From positions 1 to 64,000 of the IMG/VR virus record IMGVR_UViG_3300008113_004623: a DNA stretch of 64,000 bases, one strand, 5' to 3'. Below, one piece after another: positions 8,674-18,201 of the stretch; the first letter of the stretch is position 1, and each line of letters starts with the position of its first letter. A program made the position numbers and the translations under genes. A model generated the notes under the pieces. That model saw only the letters and a list, made by a program, of their open reading frames with translations, had not been told where the DNA came from and did no database searches. Origin of the DNA: a virus.

Positions 8674-9981
8674 ATGGCAACAGTATTAGAAAGAAGAACC
8701 TCGCAACTACCCATACTAACTAGTCTTAGTGCGGTAGATTATATTGTCATTCTTAAACAGGGAGTGACAGGTCTTGCTTCTGTAAGCGAGGTAACTGCTG
8801 CTTCTTTTTCTGGAAAAACAACCGACCAACTAACTGAAGGATCTAACAATCTTTATTTTACGTCAGGTAGAGTTGTTCAAGAAATTCTAAACACGTTAGT
8901 AGCAGGTACAAATGTTTCCTTTAATTATAATTTAGGCACAAACAAAATTACAATTAACTCTACGGGAAACGTAATCAGCGTAAATAATAAGTCAGGTGCC
9001 GTTAGTTTAAACACAGATGACATAAGTGAAGGCTCGACCAATCGTTATTTTTCAGATGAAAGAGTAGACGACAGAGTTGCTGGTTTACTTCAGGCAGGAT
9101 CTAACGTATCTATAGTTTACGACGATAATCTTAACAGGATTGTAATTAGTAGTGTGGGTAACGTACAGAGCGTTAACGGAGCCGTAGGAAACGTTGTTTT
9201 AACTTCAGATAATATAAACGAGGGGACCTCGAATCTTTACTTTACAACAACTCGAGCTAACCAGTGGTTTACAAGCCAGACTACTACAAGTTTAGCAGAG
9301 GGCAATAATCTTTATTTTACACAAGCTAGAGCAGTTGCTTCTGTTTTAACAGGTTTAACTAGTCAATCAAACGTTCAGATTACTGCAACGGACTCTATTT
9401 TAGTTGCGTTTGGTAAACTCCAAACCCAACACACAACTCTTCTTAACTCTACAAACGCTCATACAGCACGCACAGACAATCCTCACGGAGTAACTAAAGC
9501 ACAAGTAGGATTAGATAACGTTCCAAACGTTAATACGACAAACGCAGATAACATTACAAGTGGGACTCTAGCAGATGCGCGACTTTCTGCTAACGTAACT
9601 CAACAAGGAAACACGTTTAACGTAGCAAATAAATTAGTTAGATTAGACGCTCTAGGAAAACTTCCTGCAATAGATGGATCTCAACTTACGGGCTTGGTTT
9701 CTCAAATTGCTAACCTATCGGATGTTCAGCTTACCTCACTAGCTCCTGGAGAAAGTTTAGTTTACAACGGAACCAAGTGGACTAACCAAATTACCACAGC
9801 AGATGTACGCCACGACTACGTAGGTGTCTACTCTTATTGTGGAAAGGCTCCTCAGTTAAGTTCTGAAAGTGCTGCTGTTTGGAAAATTAAAAGAATCCAA
9901 GTTTTAGCAGACGGAAACGTACTTATTACCCAAGCAAACAATGTGACCTGGACAGGTCGCCTAACCCATACATATTCATAA
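8674..9981 (+). CDS. tail fibre/spike protein
   Basis: repeated TD.L.EG..NLYFT..R, VQSVNG..G.V.L and NPHGVTKAQVGL fibre motifs. Confidence 0.75.
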   Translation: MATVLERRTSQLPILTSLSAVDYIVILKQGVTGLASVSEVTAASFSGKTTDQLTEGSNNLYFTSGRVVQEILNTLVAGTNVSFNYNLGTNKITINSTGNVISVNNKSGAVSLNTDDISEGSTNRYFSDERVDDRVAGLLQAGSNVSIVYDDNLNRIVISSVGNVQSVNGAVGNVVLTSDNINEGTSNLYFTTTRANQWFTSQTTTSLAEGNNLYFTQARAVASVLTGLTSQSNVQITATDSILVAFGKLQTQHTTLLNSTNAHTARTDNPHGVTKAQVGLDNVPNVNTTNADNITSGTLADARLSANVTQQGNTFNVANKLVRLDALGKLPAIDGSQLTGLVSQIANLSDVQLTSLAPGESLVYNGTKWTNQITTADVRHDYVGVYSYCGKAPQLSSESAAVWKIKRIQVLADGNVLITQANNVTWTGRLTHTYS

Positions 9982-9985
9982 AATT

Positions 9986-10282
9986 ATGCCTATACAATCA
10001 ACACAACCAACCATTGTAGACGGAGTAGAATATCCCCTTCTCCTTGTTAACTTAGCTATATCTCCTGTAGTACACGAAGGCGGTATTATTGGAGCATCTG
10101 TAGCTATGCGTTTAACTCCGTATAGAGAAGTAGGAGGAGCTATTGAGCAACTACCAGACCACGCAAAAGCCGTTTCATATTTTGACGTATTCAAAGAAGC
10201 TGAGACTGATCCTGAGATTGCTTCTGCAATTGAGAAGATCATGACTGGTCTTCAAGAATTTATTACAGATAAAGGATTGTAA
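9986..10282 (+). CDS. hypothetical protein (fibre module)
   Basis: 98 aa, closely spaced between fibre genes. Confidence 0.6.
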   Translation: MPIQSTQPTIVDGVEYPLLLVNLAISPVVHEGGIIGASVAMRLTPYREVGGAIEQLPDHAKAVSYFDVFKEAETDPEIASAIEKIMTGLQEFITDKGL

Positions 10283-10284
10283 GT

Positions 10285-11908
10285 ATGGCATTAAGGGTAG
10301 CACTAGCATCAGGAAATTGGTCAAATCCAGCAATATGGAATAACGGTGTTTTACCTGTTGCTGGTGATGTGGTTGCATCAAACGGATTTACTGTCACGAT
10401 TGATCAGAACATTACTGTAGATACGCTAACTAATACTGTACAAACTCCTGTTATTATTACCCCTGCAATGACTTCGAATACTGCACCAAGTGGTATTGTT
10501 ACTGCAAGCGGTGTTTTTGGTGGAGGATTTGAAGCTTGGCGTGCATTTGATAGGGTTTTTAATAACTGGTTAAGTGCAGGTCCTACGGGTTGGGTAGCAT
10601 ATGAATTTACAAGTCCTAAAATTGTACAGATTTATCAAATGGTTCCTCCTACAAACAATGCTCCAGGGTCTGTTCCAAGAAACTGGACGTTTGAAGCATG
10701 GGACGGAACGACTTGGGTAGTTTTAGATACGGTCACTGGCAATTCAGGCACGGCAACTGTGACAAGAACAACGACCAATACTACAGCGTATATAAGATAC
10801 AGAATTAATATTACATTAAACAACGGAGACTTAGCTTACACTGGTGTGACTGAGTTGCGTATGTATGAAGCTAATGACTACACGATAAATTCAGTAGCAG
10901 GGGGTGGATTTATTTTAAATAGTGGATATACGGTTAATGCGAATTTAACGGGAGGTGCTGTAGATTTGCTTACTTATACTAACATTAAATATTACAGGCG
11001 ACATTGTAAACAATAATGCAGGCATGGTCGTTAGGATTGCGAATACAGGAACTTTGAATATTATCGGGAATGTATATAATACAACTGCTAGTTATGGAAA
11101 CTGTTTAAATATTATTGCCAATGCTACTGTAAATATTACAGGTAATATTTTTACATCAGGCGTTTCAGTTTTTTCGAATCAAACATTAATTGCTGTTAGT
11201 GCTGCTTCCACGCTTAATATTGTTGGAAATGTAACACATATTTCTAGTAACAGCACTAGTTCTTCATGTATAGCCATAACTGCTTCAGCAACGATTAGAA
11301 TAACAGGCGTGGTTACTGGCGGTGATTTTAGTTCTTCTTGTAATGCTGTATCGACTAATGCAGCGTGTTTGTTAAATATCGTTGGAAGTATTATATCAAG
11401 ACCACCACCAAATGGAATAGGTCCAGCAGTAGTGTCTACTAATAGTAGTGCTATTAATTTGTTTTCAGGACCTTTTATTTGTAATAACTACGGCTTTGTT
11501 CCTTTTCAGTGCATCCGTATGCATTTAATACCGAACGTTACATCATACTTTGAATTCAGAGACGAGACCACAAATGGTGCGGTGTCTCCAGGAGCAATAG
11601 CACCCGCTGCAAGACTTGTTTCTCCTGGCGGAGCAGTAGACGCTCCAATTCCAGCCAATGTTCGCTCAGGCATTAGTTATGCCTCTGGAACTTTATTAGG
11701 AACAATGGCAGTACCTTCTCCATCAAACGTAGCCAACAATGTGCCTGTAGATAATACAGTAGGAACTGCAATACTAGATCCTAATGCAATTTGGTCTGTT
11801 CCTTTAGCATCTATCAATACTCTAAACAGTATAGGTCGAAGAGTTAAAAACGCTGCTACAGTAGAAACTACTGGAGCACAAATAGAAAGTATATTAAATA
11901 GTTTATAA
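10285..11908 (+). pseudogene. receptor-binding protein with discoidin/F5-8C-like domain, split into 10285..11016 and 11024..11908
   Basis: the two halves align with the N- and C-terminal parts of intact paralogue 11910..13592; frame changes near 10980. Confidence 0.65.
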
Positions 11909-11909
11909 T

Positions 11910-13592
11910 ATGGGATTAAGACTTGCTGTAGCTAATGGAAACTGGTCACTGGCTTCAACTTGGAACGGGGGTGTATTACCTCAACCTGGCGATGTGGTAG
12001 CATCTAATGGTTTTACAGTAACAATTGACCAAAATATTAACGTTGATTCGTTGACTAATGCTGTGACCAACCCTGTTAGTGCAGTTCCAACAATGACTGG
12101 GTACACAACTCCATCTGGTATAGTAACATCTAGTGGAGAATATAACACAGGTTCTTTAGCTTGGTATGCGTTTGATAACAATGGTGGTACTGCTTGGAGA
12201 ACTTCATTACCTCAAGTTGGATGGGTTGCTTATGAATTTACATCCTTAAAAACTATTACAACTTATGTAGTGTCAGGAGATGCTAGTTATGCTCCTAAAA
12301 ATTTTACATTTGAAGGATGGAACGGGTCATCGTGGATTGTTCTCGATACAGTAACAAATAATACATCTGGTACTATTACAAGATCTATTGCTAGTCCTGG
12401 CAGTTATATTAAGTATCGATTAAATGTTACAACAAATATTAGTGGAGGTGTTTTTACTGTAGTAGGTTCTTTAATATTATACGAAGGTGCAGACAGTACA
12501 GTAGCATCAGTAGCAGGAGGTGGGTTTGTGCTTAACTCAGGTGTGACTGTTACGTGTACTACTACTAGTACTATAACTAGTGTAGGAACAACTCTTATAA
12601 CGTATTCAGGATCAGGTACTTCGACACTAAATGCAAATTTAATTGGAGGTAATAATTTTAACTTACCGTGCGTTACATTTAGTGGTACAGGTACTTTAAA
12701 TATAACTGGATATGCTCTTGTAACTAATAGTTCGGATGGTTGCCCAACGATATTGCACTCAAGTACTGGGACGTTAAATTTTGTAGGAAGTATAACTACC
12801 AATTCTAGAAGTGGTAGTTCTGGCATAATTATTAGCGGTGCAGGTACTTTAAATTATACTGGAGACGTTTACTCAGGAACTTCAAGTACAGGTTCTGTAG
12901 GAATTAGAGTAAATGGTACTGCTGCTGTTGTTAATATGACTGGTAATTTAATTTGGCAGTCATCGGGAAGCACTTTTTCTAGTCCATTAGTTAGTTTAGT
13001 TTCTAACAGTTTTAATTTAACTGGAAATGTATTTGGAGGTTTTAATAATGGAATACAATCTTCTTCTAATTCTTACTTAAAAGTAATAGGTACAATTACT
13101 GCAGGTATTAGTGCTGCAGCTATTAGCTCAACTAGTAGCGGTGCTATTAATATTTTTACAGGACCTTTTATTTCACACCCAACAGGAATACAACCACTGT
13201 ATGTAGCCCGCATGCACTATCAACGAACCCTTGGTTCTTACTACGAGTTTAGAGATAACTCCACCAATGGTGCATTACCACCAGCAGCAAATGCCCCTAC
13301 AACCAGACTAAACTCTCCAGAAGTAGGATCTGATTTACCAGCAGTTGCAAATGTACGTTTTGGAACAACTTATGGTTATGGAAGTCTAACAGGAACTTTG
13401 CGTATGCCTCACCCTAACCAAGTAACCTATGGAGTAGCAGTAGATAATACTTTTGGAACAGCCGTACTTACAGCAGCATCTGTGTGGGATTACTTAGTAG
13501 ATAACATCACTACAGCAAACAGTATAGGATTGCGTTTAAAGAACGTATCTACTCCACAAACAGTTGGTTCACAACTTGCTTCTTTACTGTAA
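11910..13592 (+). CDS. receptor-binding/tail protein with discoidin-like domain and beta-helix
   Basis: AWYAFD...W...GWVAYEF...PKNFTFEGWNGSSW..LD...YIKYRLN, followed by TLNITG repeats. Confidence 0.7.
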   Translation: MGLRLAVANGNWSLASTWNGGVLPQPGDVVASNGFTVTIDQNINVDSLTNAVTNPVSAVPTMTGYTTPSGIVTSSGEYNTGSLAWYAFDNNGGTAWRTSLPQVGWVAYEFTSLKTITTYVVSGDASYAPKNFTFEGWNGSSWIVLDTVTNNTSGTITRSIASPGSYIKYRLNVTTNISGGVFTVVGSLILYEGADSTVASVAGGGFVLNSGVTVTCTTTSTITSVGTTLITYSGSGTSTLNANLIGGNNFNLPCVTFSGTGTLNITGYALVTNSSDGCPTILHSSTGTLNFVGSITTNSRSGSSGIIISGAGTLNYTGDVYSGTSSTGSVGIRVNGTAAVVNMTGNLIWQSSGSTFSSPLVSLVSNSFNLTGNVFGGFNNGIQSSSNSYLKVIGTITAGISAAAISSTSSGAINIFTGPFISHPTGIQPLYVARMHYQRTLGSYYEFRDNSTNGALPPAANAPTTRLNSPEVGSDLPAVANVRFGTTYGYGSLTGTLRMPHPNQVTYGVAVDNTFGTAVLTAASVWDYLVDNITTANSIGLRLKNVSTPQTVGSQLASLL

Positions 13593-13604
13593 GTTACACC
13601 TTAC

Positions 13605-13634
13605 TTGACTTATTTTTTTAAAACTTTATATTTG
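13605..13634 (+). promoter_or_regulatory. promoter of the lysis cassette
   Basis: TTG(13605)-N19-TATATTTG(13627-13634). Confidence 0.7.
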
Positions 13635-13656
13635 TTAACAATCAAAGTTAACATTT

Positions 13657-13962
13657 ATGAAATTATTAAATTCTATCGGAAAAGCATTTTCCAGCTTCTT
13701 CAGTTGGGTTAAAGCTTTCTTGGCAGATGCTGATGGGGAGGCTTCATCTAAAAGATTAAGCATGCTCTTTCTGGTTGCTTGTCTTGGATTTGGTTTTGTG
13801 GCTAGTGCTCTTACTCACGAAAGCATTCAGCCATCTGAGCACCTCACTGATGCGGTGGTTACAGTCATTCTTTTCTTAGCTGGTTTTACCAACGTAGACC
13901 GTGCTATTAAAGCATTTGGAGCTAAGAAAAACGACTCATCTTCAACTTCTGAAACTCTTTAA
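13657..13962 (+). CDS. holin-like membrane protein
   Basis: SSKR followed by two hydrophobic helices; upstream of the lysin. Confidence 0.6.
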   Translation: MKLLNSIGKAFSSFFSWVKAFLADADGEASSKRLSMLFLVACLGFGFVASALTHESIQPSEHLTDAVVTVILFLAGFTNVDRAIKAFGAKKNDSSSTSETL

Positions 13963-13964
13963 TT

Positions 13965-14204
13965 ATGGAAGGAACTATTGGACAAATCTTATTGTTTGCG
14001 GGATACAGAGTACCTATGTACTGGTTCTTGTGTGATGGTCGCTTATTGCCTATCCATGATTACCCTGCACTTTTTTCTATCCTTGGTACCAAGTATGGAG
14101 GAGACGGAGTACACAATTTTGCACTACCTAATTTAAAAGACGCTCAAGTAGAAGGTATTCATTATATTATCTGCTACGCAGGAGAATATCCTATGTTTGA
14201 TTAA
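13965..14204 (+). CDS. phage tail collar domain protein
   Basis: IGQILLFAG...W.LCDG.LL.I..Y.ALFSILGT.YGGDG..NFALPNL. Confidence 0.85.
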   Translation: MEGTIGQILLFAGYRVPMYWFLCDGRLLPIHDYPALFSILGTKYGGDGVHNFALPNLKDAQVEGIHYIICYAGEYPMFD

Positions 14205-14214
14205 TTTTACAATT

Positions 14215-14889
14215 ATGAATTACACTTTAGAACAAATAAAACAAGTTGTCCTAGATAAGGGCTATACTTGGTTTAACGACGACGAAAACAAAAGCTACGA
14301 TGTAAACATCATCGGAGTACGTAACTCTGCTACAGGAAGCGAAGTAACCAACTTATTTGATGACACTCTTACTTTGGCGTACAAAGAATATGGTGTATGG
14401 AAATTCCACCAATGGCAAGCCACTACAGAACCTGGTAAAAAAGGTATGCTTCAAGGCAAAGCTGTGGGCGGAGTTGCGTTTTTGGTTCCTGGACAGTATC
14501 GCAGATCTCACGCAATTGGATTACACCAAGGCAAATACGAGGCTTTACGTCAAGTAGGAAACCTTAAATTGTATAGAGACGGCAACAAAGACCTTGAGTT
14601 CGACAAAGACAAAATTACCGAGTGTTCTAACTGTGGAGTAAATATCCATATGGCAGGAGCAGACTCTACCTTTGTTGAGAACTGGTCTGAGGGATGTCAA
14701 GTGTTCAAGCGTCAAAAAGACTTCTTGCAGTTTATAGACATTATCAAGAAAGCTCGCCTAGTGCACGGCAACTTGTTCTCTTATACCTTACTAGAATCGT
14801 CTGATATCTTCCCTGAGCACAAAGCAGTAGGAGAGAAGAAGGATGAGGCACGTAAGGCGGCCAAGAAACCTGTAGCCAAAAAGAAGTGA
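14215..14889 (+). CDS. putative endolysin (His/Cys, L,D-transpeptidase-like)
   Basis: NIIGVR, FDD, TTEPG, LVPGQY and GVNIH...WSEGCQV motifs; next to the holin; start may be 14197. Confidence 0.65.
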   Translation: MNYTLEQIKQVVLDKGYTWFNDDENKSYDVNIIGVRNSATGSEVTNLFDDTLTLAYKEYGVWKFHQWQATTEPGKKGMLQGKAVGGVAFLVPGQYRRSHAIGLHQGKYEALRQVGNLKLYRDGNKDLEFDKDKITECSNCGVNIHMAGADSTFVENWSEGCQVFKRQKDFLQFIDIIKKARLVHGNLFSYTLLESSDIFPEHKAVGEKKDEARKAAKKPVAKKK

Positions 14890-14957
14890 TGGGGTCGTAA
14901 TACTTTTCATTGCTTTTTATTTTCAATTAGCCTATATAGGAAATCGCATTTATAAAA

Positions 14958-15263
14958 ATGGAAGAATTAAACGAAGATCTAAAATTCAAAATAAGCGTTA
15001 AGACACTTGCAGCTATTGTTGCAGGTGTTGCTACGCTTATCGGTGCTTGGTACGCATTTGATGCAAGCATTGATGCACGCATAGAAGAGAAAGTAAATGC
15101 TATGAAGCCAGGAAAAGGGTTCTACCAAGTAGATCCTTCCGATCCTGCTGCAAAAGAAACATGGCCTCCTTCTCGCCAAGAGTATCAAATGAAAGATGAA
15201 CTTGCTCGCCAAATGCTAGACCGACACGAAGAACGTATTAAAAGACTAGAAGATAAACAATAA
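14958..15263 (+). CDS. single-TM protein with coiled C-terminus (possible lysis accessory)
   Basis: hydrophobic LAAIVAGVATLIGAWY segment. Confidence 0.55.
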   Translation: MEELNEDLKFKISVKTLAAIVAGVATLIGAWYAFDASIDARIEEKVNAMKPGKGFYQVDPSDPAAKETWPPSRQEYQMKDELARQMLDRHEERIKRLEDKQ

Positions 15264-15267
15264 AATC

Positions 15268-15633
15268 ATGAAAACAATCTTAGGAATCTTTTCTCTATTT
15301 ATTGTAGCCATTGGGGCTGCAATCTTTACTACGGACAGTGCTCAGCCTGCTCCGTTTAACCCAGCGGCATCTAAATATGTGTTAGTACAGTTTAATGCTA
15401 GTTGGCACAGTTCTCCTAACGTAACTGGATTTGAAACAATCAAGTGGTGCGCTTATCAAGAAGTAGACATAGCTAAGAACCCCTTAGCAAAGTCCAAGCA
15501 TAAGATCCTCACCCTCCCCACTGTAATCTTTTTTAAAGACGGTGTAGAAGTAAAACGTTGGGAAGCTGGAATTGGAATGAAAGCATCATTTACAGCTCAA
15601 CAGATTGGTGCAGAAATTCAGCGTTTAAAATAA
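15268..15633 (+). CDS. exported thioredoxin-fold protein lacking CxxC
   Basis: N-terminal signal/TM; VLVQFNASW and I.TLPTVIFFKDG.EV.R motifs. Confidence 0.7.
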   Translation: MKTILGIFSLFIVAIGAAIFTTDSAQPAPFNPAASKYVLVQFNASWHSSPNVTGFETIKWCAYQEVDIAKNPLAKSKHKILTLPTVIFFKDGVEVKRWEAGIGMKASFTAQQIGAEIQRLK

Positions 15634-15654
15634 GGTAGTTTCCAAATATAGAAG

Positions 15655-15693
15655 TACCCTAGGCAAACAAGTTTTGCCAGGGTATTTTTATTT
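15655..15693 (+). terminator. intrinsic terminator
   Basis: TACCCT(A)GGCAAAC-AA-GTTTTGCCAGGGTA followed by TTTTTATTT. Confidence 0.7.
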
Positions 15694-15694
15694 A

Positions 15695-15997
15695 ATAGCA
15701 ATCTTATAGTACAGCAGTCTCGACAAGAAGGGAAGAGAGCGAATCCTACATTCCAATCAGCTTGTTTACCAAACGCTGTCGAAGCTACGCAGAGCTGTCG
15801 ACAATGAGTCCATATTGTGTCCACCCTTTTGCCTAGCCGTGCTAGGGTATGGCACTGTACCTTTCAAATAACTACCTTTTTTGACACTATCGGAGAAACC
15901 TCTGTTCACTTCTTTGAGTTACTAATACTATCCGACTTCTGGCCTGCTACTTCACAATCGTGCCCTCACAGGCGATCACCTGGTAAGATGGTGTCGC
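15695..15997 (-). ncRNA. candidate ~300-nt structured RNA
   Basis: GC-richer island with at least five hairpins, a minus-strand promoter-like site at 16030-16000, and no credible ORF. Confidence 0.5.
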
Positions 15998-16045
15998 TGC
16001 AATATTAGAAAGAAAATTCGAGAAGTGCAACAGGGTGCTGCACAA

Positions 16046-16309
16046 TTATTTTGTAGCGCGTGCTTCGGGTGCACAATCAGAAACCTGTGAGGGAAGTTCG
16101 TCTTCTAGCAAGTCGTCTACTGCCATAAAGACAAACTCGTATAGATACTTGTCTTTGTACGGCTGCTTGCCTAGAAATTTCTTAAAGGATTTATGAAGCT
16201 CAACTTTAAATGCTGAAATATTGCCTGCTATAACTACACCGTATTCGTCTAGTTCCTCTTTGAGGGCTGCAAATACTTCGTCCTTAGTTGGGAGTTTTCT
16301 TTTGAGCAT
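16046..16309 (-). CDS. hypothetical protein, probably near-leaderless
   Basis: minus-strand TATATTTG (16320-16313) lies 3 nt before ATG 16309. Confidence 0.55.
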   Translation of the reverse strand: MLKRKLPTKDEVFAALKEELDEYGVVIAGNISAFKVELHKSFKKFLGKQPYKDKYLYEFVFMAVDDLLEDELPSQVSDCAPEARATK

Positions 16310-16368
16310 ACACAAATATAAATTAATCTTTATTTTTTGCTATTAATATTTTATGTTATAACAAAGGC

Positions 16369-16725
16369 GTGCAACTACATCAATCCTACATAGACATCTT
16401 ATTACGTCTAGCTGGTCATAGACTGTCTGATTTGTACACCAGTATACTAGCGCACAGTTCCTACTACGGCACTATTAACAAAGAAATCAAAGACATGATT
16501 GCCATAGAAAACGAGACTTCTAGTCAAGTTATTTCCAATGCAATCACTAGGTTACGTAAATTAGGATTGCTAGAAAAGAACATCATCAACAAGAAATTGT
16601 CGCCTATGAATAAAGACAATGCTTCAATTACTTTGTTGTTGACTGTTGTTCCTCCTGCACCTGTTGCTACTTCTGCACCCGCTGAGTCTGTTATAACATC
16701 TAATGTGAATGTCGCTGTATCCTAA
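16369..16725 (+). CDS. putative winged-HTH protein
   Basis: IA....TSSQVISNAITRLRKLGLLEK; GTG start. Confidence 0.5.
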   Translation: MQLHQSYIDILLRLAGHRLSDLYTSILAHSSYYGTINKEIKDMIAIENETSSQVISNAITRLRKLGLLEKNIINKKLSPMNKDNASITLLLTVVPPAPVATSAPAESVITSNVNVAVS

Positions 16726-17260
16726 ACGTGAAATAAAATTCAAATCTCATGGATTGTTTTCTGGTATAGCTAGAAAAACAGGGTATACTGTGACGCAAAT
16801 AAATCAAGTATACACTTGGTACATTAATGAGGTGTTAGAACAATTAGGTAGTACTCCTGCTTGTCAAGTTTATTTAAAGGGACTTGGACTTTTAAAATTT
16901 GATGCAGGGTTATCGATTAGAAACTTAGCTGGATTTATTAATGGTCTACAGGTTTCTGTATCTGAGTTTATAGACGACAGTCAACCGCCTAGAGTAACCT
17001 ATAGTTACCTAGTTAACAGACACAAACTTCTTGTAGACGCTATTTATTCTTTCCGTGAGAGACTAGCTAAGCTAAAAAGTTTGGGAAACATCAACGAGAC
17101 ATACTACATTAATAAGTTGACTCGTTCAGAGAAACTAGAAAACCAACTAAATCAAATATATGAATCTATTCAAAGAATACCTGAGTATCAGCAAAAAAGG
17201 ACTACAGAACGCGGACAAGATTTTGTATGGACTGACGAACAAGGTAGCAAACCATTTTAG
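16709..17260 (+). CDS. HU/IHF-like N-terminal domain protein
   Basis: IARKTGYT..QI..VY...QVYLKGLGLLKF. Confidence 0.45.
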   Translation: MSLYPKREIKFKSHGLFSGIARKTGYTVTQINQVYTWYINEVLEQLGSTPACQVYLKGLGLLKFDAGLSIRNLAGFINGLQVSVSEFIDDSQPPRVTYSYLVNRHKLLVDAIYSFRERLAKLKSLGNINETYYINKLTRSEKLENQLNQIYESIQRIPEYQQKRTTERGQDFVWTDEQGSKPF

Positions 17261-17534
17261 ATTATTAAGTGATGAGAAAAAAGAAATTATTGCAGATCGA
17301 ATGGAACGTTGTCTTGGATGTCCCTACAATTCTCAAAATGCGAGACTATCCCAGGAATATGTCGAACTTACAGGAAAGCACTACGACACAGCCCGACCTG
17401 AGTTACACTGTTCGCTTTGTGGCTGCATCCTCGAAATCAAAACCTCGTCCCTTTCTTCGGATTGTGGTATCGTAGACTGGAACGAAGATAATCCAGATAA
17501 ACAACTAGAACCTAAATGGACTAAATATGAATAA
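17160..17534 (+). CDS. Zn-binding protein
   Basis: RCLGCP...CSLCGC.L..KT.....C...W. Confidence 0.65.
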   Translation: MNLFKEYLSISKKGLQNADKILYGLTNKVANHFRLLSDEKKEIIADRMERCLGCPYNSQNARLSQEYVELTGKHYDTARPELHCSLCGCILEIKTSSLSSDCGIVDWNEDNPDKQLEPKWTKYE

Positions 17535-17673
17535 CAACACCAAAACCCAAGGACAACAAAAACCTACCATTACTAACGGCTGTGGAGGCAAACAAGGCAC
17601 CAAGTGTGGCGTAGAACTTTACATCATGCCGCACGATGGTAAAATCAACATAGCGAAAGCTATTAAAAAGTAA
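17527..17673 (+). CDS. 48-aa hypothetical protein (not in ORF track)
   Basis: MNNNTKTQGQQ...AKAIKK*; fills the gap between flanking genes. Confidence 0.5.
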   Translation: MNNNTKTQGQQKPTITNGCGGKQGTKCGVELYIMPHDGKINIAKAIKK

Positions 17674-17680
17674 TTAGACA

Positions 17681-17896
17681 ATGGAAACCAACCAACCTAA
17701 GTCAACCTTCAATAAAAAAGAAATCATTGAGTCGCCTAAGACTTTTCAAGATGCTTTGCTGTCTACAGTAAAAGTTTTCTGGAAAGCAGGCTATCAATAT
17801 TCTCAGAAGGGTAAGAATGAAGATTTTTACTCTACGTTGTTGGAAGACTTTATGAATTTATCCTATCAAGAATTTTTAAAAAAATATGGCGAATAA
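17681..17896 (+). CDS. hypothetical protein
   Basis: 71 aa; overlaps the start of the next gene. Confidence 0.6.
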   Translation: METNQPKSTFNKKEIIESPKTFQDALLSTVKVFWKAGYQYSQKGKNEDFYSTLLEDFMNLSYQEFLKKYGE

Positions 17897-18200
17897 AAGA
17901 CAGACATACGTATCTGCGGAACTTGAGTGGGCTGAGTCAAAGTTAGCCGAGTGGAGAGATTACGTAGACAAGAATCCTATATCGGAACTAAAAGACCGTA
18001 TAGAATGGAAGCCAACTTCTAAGGGTGGAGCCATACCTATGGTTATTGCATCTATAGAAAGCCAAATCAAATCTCTAAGAGACACTATGAAGGAGTACCT
18101 TTCTTTACTAGAAGTCGTAGACAAACTTAGAGAAAAAGAAGAAGCTAAACAGGAGGCAAGAGGATCGCAAGAGATTAATGGTAAAATGAAAAACTTCTAA
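17886..18200 (+). CDS. helical protein upstream of terminase (possible small terminase)
   Basis: position and coiled C-terminus ending ARG. Confidence 0.5.
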   Translation: MANKRQTYVSAELEWAESKLAEWRDYVDKNPISELKDRIEWKPTSKGGAIPMVIASIESQIKSLRDTMKEYLSLLEVVDKLREKEEAKQEARGSQEINGKMKNF

Positions 18201-18201
18201 T

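Noticed and set aside
10285-13592. Diversity-generating retroelement template/variable repeat pair
   Set aside because: Differences between the paralogues are not adenine-specific and no reverse transcriptase is present in the window.
15618-16008. ORFs 15618..15824(-) and 15817..16008(+)
   Set aside because: Atypical composition, one crosses a terminator, and both overlie the hairpin-rich island, which is better explained as non-coding.
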